Shown in pieces: positions 1 to 8,507 of a stretch of 64,000 nt of DNA. The DNA is taken from the IMG/VR virus record IMGVR_UViG_2869891414_000007, positions 1 through 64,000 of that record. One strand, written 5' to 3'. Under the pieces are notes generated by a model. The model was not told the origin of the DNA. It saw nothing but the letters and a program-made list of their open reading frames with translations, and did no database searches. Positions within the stretch are counted from its first letter, which is position 1. Every line of letters starts with the position of its first letter. Position numbers and translations under genes: made by a program. The stretch comes from a virus (Duplodnaviria; Caudoviricetes).

Positions 1-606
1 ATGTCCGGGCAAGATAACACCACCGGCTCCATGATATGGTGGGAAAAAACCGTTGAATACTACTTCGTGGCTAAATATTTAAGTAAAACCGCAGCTATAG
101 CCCCATTAGATGGCAACCACGAAAAAGCCGGTGACAATATATTTGCTCAGGGTAATAAGTGGGTATTAATTGAATTTAAAAGAAGTAAAGCCGATCTAGA
201 CTCTGAAAAAGAAAAATTTATAAATTATGACCAAGCTAAAAATACATTGTCCGCGTTTGATAGCCACCACTTCCTAATATACGGTGGTCTGCTTAATCCG
301 GGACAATTTGAACTCTGGGCACAAACCTACTTCTCCGGTAGAACCGGCATCGTCCTAGATGAAATTCTCAATAATGGTAAAGGCATAAGAGCTTTTATTC
401 TTTATGTCAAAGCATTTATTGCATTTAAAAAAGGCGGTAATCCTGGTGGTTCAGGAGGACTGGGGCTAACAGATTATGCTCAAGTGGCTTGCATCAATAA
501 GGATGGGGAGATATGCGCTTGTATGTCTCTTACTGATTTCCGTCGATCACTGGGTGTAAAACCGACACCTGAAGCCCAACATGAAAGTGCAGCACCGGGT
601 ATGTAA
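1..606 (+). CDS. Hypothetical protein, possible PD-(D/E)xK nuclease-like fold
   Basis: 201-aa ORF with GD...WVLIEFKR motif; lies outside the left att repeat; upstream context not visible. Confidence 0.35.
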   Translation: MSGQDNTTGSMIWWEKTVEYYFVAKYLSKTAAIAPLDGNHEKAGDNIFAQGNKWVLIEFKRSKADLDSEKEKFINYDQAKNTLSAFDSHHFLIYGGLLNPGQFELWAQTYFSGRTGIVLDEILNNGKGIRAFILYVKAFIAFKKGGNPGGSGGLGLTDYAQVACINKDGEICACMSLTDFRRSLGVKPTPEAQHESAAPGM

Positions 607-711
607 TTATCCACCTGTTGATATTAAGCGTGGTACTCATTACCTAATGAGTAATAGTGCCACCTTATCTTTGTGCCATCCCCAGATATTATGAAAGGTG
701 ATTTCAGGCAC

Positions 712-734
712 AAAAAAACCGCCTCACGGCGGTT
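712..734 (-). terminator. Rho-independent terminator downstream of the leuZ fragment
   Basis: AACCGCC-TCAC-GGCGGTT hairpin with A-tract (U-tract on the minus strand). Confidence 0.7.
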
Positions 735-778
735 AACGACATACTCATACTACTTTGTTTTACTTAGAATATTTTCCA

Positions 779-832
779 TGGTGCCCGGGGCGGGACTTGA
801 ACCCGCACAGCCATAAGCCGAGGGATTTTAAA
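779..832 (-). tRNA. leuZ: tRNA-Leu(TAA) 3' half only (anticodon loop to CCA); non-functional att copy
   Basis: Minus strand reads TTTAAAATCCCTCGG...GGTTCAAGTCCCGCCCCGGGCACCA; 5' half absent. Confidence 0.85.
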
Positions 833-852
833 AACTCTCACGGCATTATGGA

Positions 853-865
853 AATCAATCACTTA
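853..865 (+). promoter_or_regulatory. IHF-binding site in the att arm
   Basis: AATCAA-TCAC-TTA matches WATCAANNNNTTR, 20 bp inside the att; near-consensus copy at 871-883. Confidence 0.6.
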
Positions 866-945
866 CGTGAAATCAGTAAGTTACCAAACACGATGGCGGG
901 TTAGTTTGGGTTGCTGTGGGGGTGGTAGTCATGATTTTCCTTTCT

Positions 946-2202
946 TTACAACACTGATTTCAGTGCTGAAGGTGTTCCTAGGTGATGACTCTTATACTCT
1001 GTAACTTTATTGGGGTTATTGTTAAAAAACGAAATCAGGTCTTCTTTCAATTTGTCAGCAACATATGCATTATTAAAATTAAAATAAATTTTCCTTGCTA
1101 TAGAAAATGTAATCTCATGTTCATTAAAATACTTTATTAATTGGTTTCTTGCCCTATTCGCTTTATTGAAATCTTTCATGATATCATCTTCGACTATTGA
1201 CTTTAATACATGGGTTGAATAGCCAAAACTTTCCAACGTATGCATTTCTATAACAGATGGCTCAAAATAATTAATTCGGTCTAGCACAACTTTGAAGAAC
1301 TCATCATATTGAGCTTCAGGGATTAATTTACCATTTAGCATTGCACAAATTAATGGTATATCATTGTGGTCTATCAATAAATTGTCCATCCACATTTTTC
1401 TTATAACAGCAGGAACAATATCTAAAGAATAAACTAATTTAGTATCTTCTCTTATTAATGACAAAAGCAGCTTCTCATCTTTAAATACTATTTTCTTTAA
1501 AGATGATTGGATATCATGGTCTCCTTTTTTAAAAACGGACAGGCAGAAATTAATTTTATTTTTTGGTGCCATATTTATCATTTTTTCATAAGGCGTTTGC
1601 ATACCATCAAGAATTAAAACAACCTCTTCAAAAAAAACATCATATTCATTCTTTGATAGTCCATTTTGTAAGTCTTTAACAATATAATCTATTGGCTGAT
1701 TTGCTGGTGTTAATGATAAATCGTAGTGAGTCTTTATATTATTGATTATTTGATCTTTACTTCCATTAACTACAAATTTAGATAAATTAGACATTATGAA
1801 AGAATAATATGACTCTACATGTCCTCGCTCTATCTTATTCGGTTTGGAATGAGCACAATCATTCCGTCTATTCTTCCAGAATTCAAGTTGATTTCTTAAG
1901 TCGTCATTGTTTGTAAATACTGGTGCAGGGCTAATCTGTCGAATTGTATCATATGTTTTTGAGTCCCATGTTTCTGCATTAGTGACATCTCGTTTCTTTT
2001 GAGTCCACGCCTTTAAAGTAAAGCCTTTCGGTGTATCAGAATTAGTAATACGATCTCTTATTACATTCATAAAAGCTAGATAAGCAAATATTAATGCACC
2101 TTTATAGGCAGATGCAGAATAACATAGGAGAGATTCATTAAATAAATCATCAACCTCTGGGGTAAATGATTGCTGTGAGCGCCAAACTTCTAAACTTTTC
2201 AT
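946..2202 (-). CDS. HEPN-like domain protein, candidate defence RNase
   Basis: AT-rich 418-aa ORF; N-terminal ESLLCYSASAYKGAL helix and RRNDCAH (R-x4-H) motif; starts 10 bp after the int stop. Confidence 0.55.
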   Translation of the reverse strand: MKSLEVWRSQQSFTPEVDDLFNESLLCYSASAYKGALIFAYLAFMNVIRDRITNSDTPKGFTLKAWTQKKRDVTNAETWDSKTYDTIRQISPAPVFTNNDDLRNQLEFWKNRRNDCAHSKPNKIERGHVESYYSFIMSNLSKFVVNGSKDQIINNIKTHYDLSLTPANQPIDYIVKDLQNGLSKNEYDVFFEEVVLILDGMQTPYEKMINMAPKNKINFCLSVFKKGDHDIQSSLKKIVFKDEKLLLSLIREDTKLVYSLDIVPAVIRKMWMDNLLIDHNDIPLICAMLNGKLIPEAQYDEFFKVVLDRINYFEPSVIEMHTLESFGYSTHVLKSIVEDDIMKDFNKANRARNQLIKYFNEHEITFSIARKIYFNFNNAYVADKLKEDLISFFNNNPNKVTEYKSHHLGTPSALKSVL

Positions 2203-2212
2203 TTTTTATCCA

Positions 2213-3244
2213 CTAATGTTTAACTAATCTGTCATATGGATTCAAACTCACTGCCGCTTCTAAATGATCCGGTGCAAAGTGGCTATAGCGCATGGTCATT
2301 TGGATAGTGGAGTGCCCGAGGATTTGTTGCAGTACTAATATATTGCCGCCGTTCATCATAAAATGACTGGCGAAAGTATGCCGTAGAACGTGGGTTAACT
2401 GGCCGGTAGGTAGTACCAGTTTAGCCCGGTCAATGGCTTGGCCGAATGCGTCATAGGCATTGACGAATAAGCGCCCTTTCATCTTTGGAATCAGTTTATG
2501 CAGTTCCGCAGAAATAGGGACTGTTCGGTTCTTTTTACTCTTGGTGTTGATATAAGTAATTTTATTTGGCATCACCTGAGCTTGCCTTAGTTGCTCCGCT
2601 TCACTCCAACGCGCACCAGTAGCCAGACAGATACGAACGATGATGCCGAGATCTTTATTACTAGAATTGTCACACTCATGCAGCAGACGCTTAATATCGT
2701 CTTCATAAAGGAAAGTTAATTCGTTTTCGCTTTCACGAAATAATCTAACACCATCCAAGGGATTAGCATGATTCCAATGCCCTAGCCTTTTTAACTCATT
2801 AAATACGGCTCGTAGGTAGGCATGCTCGCGGTTAACCGTTGCCTCTTTTGGTGGCTTCACAGCTCCGTATTTTGGTTTAGGGCTAAACTCACCGGCTAAA
2901 CGTTTTTTACGGTAATTGGCAAATACTTCGCGGTTAAAATCAGCAACGGCAGGATCGCCCAAGTTATCACATAGGATATTGAGTTTATTTAATCTTGCTT
3001 CGCCGTCACTCAAAGAGCGCCCGTGGAGTTCATACCACTGACCGACCAATGTTTTTAACCTCTGCGCGGCAGTCTCTGCCGGTGTGTAGTCAATATCCAG
3101 ATCACCACGTTGCGCTAACTGCTCACGTTCAAAACGCAACGCCTCGCCGCGCGTAACAAAGGTTTTCCTAACCCGCTTACTGTCACGGCCATCTGAGTAA
3201 AAATCACAGACCCACTTCCCGTTGGGTAACTTCCGTACTGCCAT
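2213..3244 (-). CDS. int: Tyrosine integrase, 186/HP1-like
   Basis: TGARWSE, HVLRHTFASH, LGHS and RY catalytic motifs; adjacent to att. Confidence 0.95.
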   Translation of the reverse strand: MAVRKLPNGKWVCDFYSDGRDSKRVRKTFVTRGEALRFEREQLAQRGDLDIDYTPAETAAQRLKTLVGQWYELHGRSLSDGEARLNKLNILCDNLGDPAVADFNREVFANYRKKRLAGEFSPKPKYGAVKPPKEATVNREHAYLRAVFNELKRLGHWNHANPLDGVRLFRESENELTFLYEDDIKRLLHECDNSSNKDLGIIVRICLATGARWSEAEQLRQAQVMPNKITYINTKSKKNRTVPISAELHKLIPKMKGRLFVNAYDAFGQAIDRAKLVLPTGQLTHVLRHTFASHFMMNGGNILVLQQILGHSTIQMTMRYSHFAPDHLEAAVSLNPYDRLVKH

Positions 3245-3293
3245 AAATAAGTCCTCAAGAATAATCCCTTGGGCCTATTTACTGTATATAAAA

Positions 3294-4608
3294 GGGTCTT
3301 CCCCTGTTGTGGTGGCTGAGGGCATTATAGTGGCAGTCTTGATTTTCTGAGGAGCCTGCCATGGACGAAAAGTCCCTCTATGCACACATTCTCAACCTGT
3401 CCGCGCCGTGGCAGGTCAAATCAGTTTCTCTCGATGAAAATGCCGGTTCTGTGACAGTTACTGTCGGCATCGCTGAACATACTCAGTTAACCTGTCCGAC
3501 CTGTGGTAAATCCTGCCCTATACATGACCATCGACACCGTAAATGGCGTCACCTCGATACTTGCCAGTTCACCACGCTGGTTGAAGCTGATGTCCCACGC
3601 ATTGACTGCCCTGAACACGGTTGCCAGACACTGCCCGTCCCCTGGGCTGGACCCGGTAGCAGGTACACGTTGTTGTTCGAGTTTTTTGTCCTCTCATGGC
3701 TGAAAATCAGCACGGTAGATGCCGTCAGAAAGCAGCTTAAGCTGAGCTGGAATGCCGTAGACGGTATCATGGTGCGTGCCGTTAAACGGGGCCTGTCCCG
3801 GATAAAAAGGCCTTTATCGGCCCGCCACCTCTGCGTGGACGAAGTGGCCTTCAAAAAAGGCCATAAGTACGTCACCGTTATCTCTGACCGGCAAGGCCGG
3901 GCTCTGAAACTGACAGATGACCGCGGCGTTGAGAGCCTTGCTAGCTATCTGCGTAGCCTGAGCGATCACCAGTTGGATGAGATAAAAACGTTGTCGATGG
4001 ACATGAACATGGCCTATATCAGCGCAGCCCGGATCCATCTTCCCAATGCCGTGGATAAAATCGCCTTCGACCACTTCCATGTGGCAAAAACGCTCTGCGG
4101 CGTTGTTGATAAAACACGAATGACGGAAATGAAACGCATCTCGTCGTTAGACAGGAAAGGGGCTCATCGCTCGCGTTATCTGTGGTTTTACGGTAAACAA
4201 AATCGACACGGAGGCAGGGCGGAACGGTTGGAAGTAGCACGTCTGGTATTACCCGAAACTAGCCAGTGTTGGGTAATGAAAGAACTTGCCCGCGACCTTT
4301 GGCACAGGCGTTATGACAGGCATAGCCGCAGGCTGTGGCAAGAATGGATGTTAATGGCAAAGAATAGCGGGATCCCTCTCATGGCAAGCGTTGCCCGCAT
4401 GGTGGCAAAGCGTCTTTACGGGATCCTAAATGCAATGAAACACCGAGTATCGAACGGTAATGCGGAGTCTCTAAACAGCAAAATACGCCTGCTCAGGATC
4501 AAGTCACGAGGCTTTAGGAATAAAGAACGGTTCAAACTGGGTGTGCTGTTCCACTACGGAAAGCTGAACATGGCGTTCTGAGTCTCCCACCATGATCGGG
4601 GAAGACCC
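3294..4608 (+). mobile_element. ISL3-family insertion sequence, 1315 bp
   Basis: Terminal IRs GGGTCTTCCCC / GGGGAAGACCC; 8-bp target duplication ATATAAAA at 3286-3293 and 4609-4616. Confidence 0.92.
3361..4581 (+). CDS. ISL3-family DDE transposase
   Basis: 406 aa; N-terminal CPTCG zinc finger, WRHLD, VDE, SMDM, FDHFH and NAESLNSKI motifs. Confidence 0.92.
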   Translation: MDEKSLYAHILNLSAPWQVKSVSLDENAGSVTVTVGIAEHTQLTCPTCGKSCPIHDHRHRKWRHLDTCQFTTLVEADVPRIDCPEHGCQTLPVPWAGPGSRYTLLFEFFVLSWLKISTVDAVRKQLKLSWNAVDGIMVRAVKRGLSRIKRPLSARHLCVDEVAFKKGHKYVTVISDRQGRALKLTDDRGVESLASYLRSLSDHQLDEIKTLSMDMNMAYISAARIHLPNAVDKIAFDHFHVAKTLCGVVDKTRMTEMKRISSLDRKGAHRSRYLWFYGKQNRHGGRAERLEVARLVLPETSQCWVMKELARDLWHRRYDRHSRRLWQEWMLMAKNSGIPLMASVARMVAKRLYGILNAMKHRVSNGNAESLNSKIRLLRIKSRGFRNKERFKLGVLFHYGKLNMAF

Positions 4609-4664
4609 ATATAAAAACAGTAGTCAATGTTTGATATGCAACACGACAAACATCTGATTAAAAA

Positions 4665-4841
4665 CTAACGTGTACAGGTTTTCTTTGATTTACTGATAGA
4701 GCCATCATTACAGACAAATTTCCCATTTTCACAATGGGATACCCCTCCCTTTTTACCGGAACAGGGATAGTTTTTTGCCATAGTGATCGTAGGTAAAGAT
4801 AAAAGAAGAATACCGATTACAGCACTAGCTAAGAATTTCAT
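4665..4841 (-). CDS. Small secreted Cys-rich protein, YdcA-like, 58 aa (not in the ORF track)
   Basis: Translated by hand: MKFLASAVIGILLLSLPTITMAKNYPCSGKKGGVSHCENGKFVCNDGSISKSKKTCTR; signal peptide plus CSGKKGG.SHC...KFVCNDGS.S.SKK.C motif. Confidence 0.75.
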   Translation of the reverse strand: MKFLASAVIGILLLSLPTITMAKNYPCSGKKGGVSHCENGKFVCNDGSISKSKKTCTR

Positions 4842-4888
4842 TAGATTATTATTCCATTAGTGCGTCGATTACTTTTTAGCGCCGACTA

Positions 4889-5458
4889 TTAATAGCCAGT
4901 AATTTCACCAACAACTTTCGCCAATATGCTGACTTCACTAACCGGCCAATTGACATCATTGATACGCCATACATCACCCGGTAAACGGGTAAGCTCACTG
5001 ATAGATACAACTCCCGCTTTTTCAATAAGCCACAGGCCATCAGTGATTTTCTTGAATTGATGCTCAACCAGAAATGAACTCTTGGCATTAGGTGAAGAAA
5101 TTAACTCAGGTTCATCTATCTGTACTGGAAGTAATTCAGGATCAAGTAATACGGGGTTGGCATCGGTTAACAACCCATCAATCAACTTTCTGTGCTGAAT
5201 TAATTTAGCGTGTTCTTTTTCATTAGTAGCTTTGTTGGCTTCCCACGGTTCTCCTTCCCCAGTTGCTAACCATTGCAAAGATGCGCCCGTTTCAAGTGCG
5301 CACTGAACAATTTCTTTGCCGGGAAAATACCCACGTTTGATCCACGTGCTTACTGTTCCATGACCAACGCCTATTTTTCCCACAAGCTCACGTTGTGTTG
5401 AAAAACCGTAGGCTTTCAATAACCTATCAACAACAGCCTGTCCGCCACTAAAAATCAT
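4889..5458 (-). CDS. cI: 186-type CI immunity repressor
   Basis: N-terminal HTH (TQRELVGKIGVGHGTVSTW...SLQWLATG), divergent from apl. Confidence 0.88.
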   Translation of the reverse strand: MIFSGGQAVVDRLLKAYGFSTQRELVGKIGVGHGTVSTWIKRGYFPGKEIVQCALETGASLQWLATGEGEPWEANKATNEKEHAKLIQHRKLIDGLLTDANPVLLDPELLPVQIDEPELISSPNAKSSFLVEHQFKKITDGLWLIEKAGVVSISELTRLPGDVWRINDVNWPVSEVSILAKVVGEITGY

Positions 5459-5570
5459 TCAATATTCCCGCCAAAATAATATTGACTCGTACAACTTTGA
5501 GGATTAAATTCCTCATTATTGAACGAAGACACAAATTAACCCGCATTAACCACACATTACAGGATGCACC

Positions 5571-5768
5571 ATGATTCAAAACCTTGCAATCACAGTAACC
5601 TCGCCTTATTTATCCCTGCCAGAGTTCTCAAAATTGAGCGGAATCCCTTATGAAACCTGCCGTGGCATGGTGAAAGATGGTCGTCTACCTATCCGCCAGA
5701 AAGTTCGCAAAATGGAAAAGGTTCTCGTAAATATGATCGCTCTCACTAAAGAAGCGGCAAACCAGTAA
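5571..5768 (+). CDS. apl: Apl/Cox excisionase-repressor
   Basis: 65-aa winged-helix-like ORF facing cI across the switch region. Confidence 0.75.
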   Translation: MIQNLAITVTSPYLSLPEFSKLSGIPYETCRGMVKDGRLPIRQKVRKMEKVLVNMIALTKEAANQ

Positions 5769-5822
5769 TGTTCGACATTCAAATTTGCCAACTAATTGTC
5801 GGCATATGTGAGGGAGGAAGCC

Positions 5823-6332
5823 ATGTTTGATTTTTCAGTGTCCAAACATCCGCACTTTGATAACGCCTGCCGCCAGTTTGCGTTAAAGCACAACTTAGTC
5901 GAGCTGGCGGCAAACGCAGGGATTGCGGCGCAGGTTCTGCGCAATAAATTGAATCCTGACCAGCCGCACCGTTTAACCGTAGACGAGCTGTTACGCATCA
6001 CCGACCTGACCGAAGACCCAACGTTATTAGACGGTCTGCTATCACAAATCAATTGCATGCCATCTGTGCCCGTCAATGAAGCCTGCCCCGGCAATATCCC
6101 GACTTATGCGCTACATGCTACAGCCGCCGTGGGTTCTATTGCAGCCGCTGCGGTACAAGGCAACCATAAAACAGCATTCAGCAAATCAGCCCTTCTGGAT
6201 AGTGTCAATACTGCGATTCGCCACCTGTCTCTGATTGGTCTGACAGTGCAATGTCGCATTCAGTCAACCCCTGCGCTTGCTTCAACCGTTGATGTTATTA
6301 GCGGCTTGAGTGCTGTCGCTGGTTTGAGTTGA
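5823..6332 (+). CDS. cII: 186-type CII activator
   Basis: MFDFSVSKHPHFDNACRQFA...LRNKLNPDQPHRLT; GAGG RBS before ATG 5823. Confidence 0.85.
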   Translation: MFDFSVSKHPHFDNACRQFALKHNLVELAANAGIAAQVLRNKLNPDQPHRLTVDELLRITDLTEDPTLLDGLLSQINCMPSVPVNEACPGNIPTYALHATAAVGSIAAAAVQGNHKTAFSKSALLDSVNTAIRHLSLIGLTVQCRIQSTPALASTVDVISGLSAVAGLS

Positions 6333-6341
6333 AGTGTCTTT

Positions 6342-6527
6342 ATGATTATTTCTATTGCCCCACTGTTAAAACAGCAAAGCCCGGTAAATCTGCGCCATTT
6401 CGGCCACGGTATGCTGGAGTTGAAGAACGGCCAGCGCTGGAAGCCGGGAAGTAATCAAAAGGCGCTTTTACAAGAATTGTCCTCTGCAAAGAAGACACCA
6501 ATATTACGCCGTCTGTTCGGACGTTGA
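6342..6527 (+). CDS. Small P2-family early protein (DUF2724/Fil-like)
   Basis: HFGHG...G.RWKP motif; position after cII. Confidence 0.45.
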   Translation: MIISIAPLLKQQSPVNLRHFGHGMLELKNGQRWKPGSNQKALLQELSSAKKTPILRRLFGR

Positions 6528-6850
6528 TTGGGGGTTATATGCTGCAATTAACGGAATCTGAAAAATTAAGAATGACGGGTATTACTCGTATTGCTGAATT
6601 AAAAGAAACTCATTTCCGTAATAGAAAGAATGTTGCTCAAGAGGCTTTTGATAAGTCGCCTGCACATTTGCGTAAAACAATCTGTTTTCATGCCGGGTTA
6701 AAAAGCCGTCATGTGAATATGCAGTTTTCAGAATTAAGTCCGGCAGAAAGAGAAAGTGTAGTTGAAACGTTGAATTACTTAATTGAGTTTACTCGTTCAT
6801 TACCACCATTTATTAGTAATGATGACTGCACTCTGAATATTATTAACTAA
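6524..6850 (+). CDS. P2-family early protein (gpB/DUF5347-like)
   Basis: ICFHAGLKSRHV...FSELS motif; synteny. Confidence 0.55.
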   Translation: MIGGYMLQLTESEKLRMTGITRIAELKETHFRNRKNVAQEAFDKSPAHLRKTICFHAGLKSRHVNMQFSELSPAERESVVETLNYLIEFTRSLPPFISNDDCTLNIIN

Positions 6851-6915
6851 CCAAAGTCGCAATATATGGCGTTTTACTCGCCGGGTTTCGTATTGCCTAA
6901 AAACAGGGATTATCT

Positions 6916-7188
6916 ATGCAGAATACAGCACAAAATATATGGGTGTTCGTAGACCCAGCAAAGCCGGGCAGTGAGAGCACAATCACAATGACGTCAGTTG
7001 AATCAATGGAGCTAATGCTAAATGAAGCTCGAATAGATGAAAGAAAGAATCAGGCCGCGCTGGTTTCATTTCGTCTGGAAGAAGTTGCTAACCAAATTCT
7101 AAACCGTGAACTGAACGGTGTAGAGGCGGCGGAGTTGCTTAACCACATCGCCGAGGGGATCCTTAACCAAGCGCAGGCACAACACTGA
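6916..7188 (+). CDS. DUF2732-like P2 early protein
   Basis: LNEARIDERK...ELNGVEAAELL motif; synteny. Confidence 0.6.
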   Translation: MQNTAQNIWVFVDPAKPGSESTITMTSVESMELMLNEARIDERKNQAALVSFRLEEVANQILNRELNGVEAAELLNHIAEGILNQAQAQH

Positions 7189-7493
7189 TGGTTGACGAAA
7201 TTGTCATTGATGCTCGTTACGCAATTACTTTGTGTGAGCCAACCAAAACTCTAGGCCGCATTCCAAACCTCGTGCTTAACGAGATTAAATTCACCAAAGA
7301 AAATGAAAGGGTGTTAGCCGTAATTGCTCACTATCCGACAAGAGTTAGTTTGGTGAATGATTTAATTCATCATCGTATTTATCGCTCTGGCGTTAATTCT
7401 ATTTCGGCATTGGTTGAGGAAACTAAGCGCCTTGCTGAATTATGTGAGAAAGGATTTAAAGACTTTCACTCTCCTAACTTATTACCAAGGTGA
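7188..7493 (+). CDS. Hypothetical P2-family early protein
   Basis: Translationally coupled ORF in the early operon. Confidence 0.5.
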   Translation: MVDEIVIDARYAITLCEPTKTLGRIPNLVLNEIKFTKENERVLAVIAHYPTRVSLVNDLIHHRIYRSGVNSISALVEETKRLAELCEKGFKDFHSPNLLPR

Positions 7494-7601
7494 AGCAATG
7501 AAATTAAATATCTGGATTTTCTTTCATGTCTTGGTGCCAGCTATGTGTGCGGCATGCTTGGCGCTTTTGTGTCTCGCTTTAAAAGTTAATGGGCTGTAAT
7601 T

Positions 7602-8507
7602 ATGGCTACTGAATGCTTTGTATATAAAAACTTTAATGATGAACGAACGTTAATGATTAATACCATTGACGATATTGTGACGGAATATCAAGAGCAAGGG
7701 TATCGATTAACTACTCGTCAGGTTTATTACCAACTTGTGGCGCGTGGAATGATTGAGAACACACTACAGAGCTATAAACGCATTGCTTCTCTGATTAATG
7801 ACGCGAAGCTCGCGGGCTTGATTGATTGGTCTGGTCTTGAAGATAGGACGCGAGATTTTATTACCCGGAGTCACTGGAATAATCCTAGCGAGATTATTCG
7901 TGCCAGCGCTGAACAGTACCATGAGGATTTATGGAGCAATCAATCCCAGCGGCTATTTGTCATTATCGAAAAGGAGGCGTTAGTCGGCGTTCTGGAGTCG
8001 CTTTGCAATCGGTATGACGTGCCTTTACTTGCTGCGCGTGGTTATCCGTCAGGTTCTGTTTTGTATGATTTTGCCCAAAGTCATTTAATCCCTGCAACTA
8101 ATATGCGGCAACGTTGCCATATTTTGCACCTTGGCGACCATGACCCAAGTGGCATTGATATGACGCGAGATTTAACCGGTCGATTGGATATGTTTACTTA
8201 TACATCCGCTCTTGTTTCCCTTGAGCGAATCGCACTAAACATGGAACAGGTTGAAGAAATCAATCCGCCCGAAAACCCGGCAAAAACAACGGACTCTCGT
8301 TTCGCTCAATATATCAAAAGATATGGCCGCTCAAGTTGGGAGCTTGATGCTTTGCAGCCTCGCTATCTAAATCAACTTGTTGAGGAAAAAATATCCAGTC
8401 GAATTGATTGGGATGAGTGGGAGCAAAAGAAATCTGAGATTAAAGCTAGACGTACTGCTCTGGAAGATGTTGCTAATCGGTTCGAATATGATGCTGGTGA
8501 AGAGTGA
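7602..8507 (+). CDS. Spo11/Top6A-like protein (5Y-CAP plus TOPRIM)
   Basis: RQVYYQL (candidate catalytic Tyr), IIEKEAL (TOPRIM Glu), LGDHDPSG (DxD). Confidence 0.7.
   Translation: MATECFVYKNFNDERTLMINTIDDIVTEYQEQGYRLTTRQVYYQLVARGMIENTLQSYKRIASLINDAKLAGLIDWSGLEDRTRDFITRSHWNNPSEIIRASAEQYHEDLWSNQSQRLFVIIEKEALVGVLESLCNRYDVPLLAARGYPSGSVLYDFAQSHLIPATNMRQRCHILHLGDHDPSGIDMTRDLTGRLDMFTYTSALVSLERIALNMEQVEEINPPENPAKTTDSRFAQYIKRYGRSSWELDALQPRYLNQLVEEKISSRIDWDEWEQKKSEIKARRTALEDVANRFEYDAGEE

Larger units (their letters stand above)
704..832. repeat. Left attachment site of the P2-like prophage
   Basis: 129-bp direct repeat with 36189-36317 (4 mismatches), covering the leuZ 3' half and its downstream terminator. 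Confidence 0.92.
3282..4620. promoter_or_regulatory. LexA (SOS) box upstream of int, split by the ISL3 insertion
   Basis: Removing the IS and one TSD restores CTGTATATAAAAACAG (CTG-N10-CAG). Confidence 0.8.

Noticed and set aside
779-832. Functional tRNA gene
   Set aside because: The D-arm and 5' acceptor strand are missing in both copies
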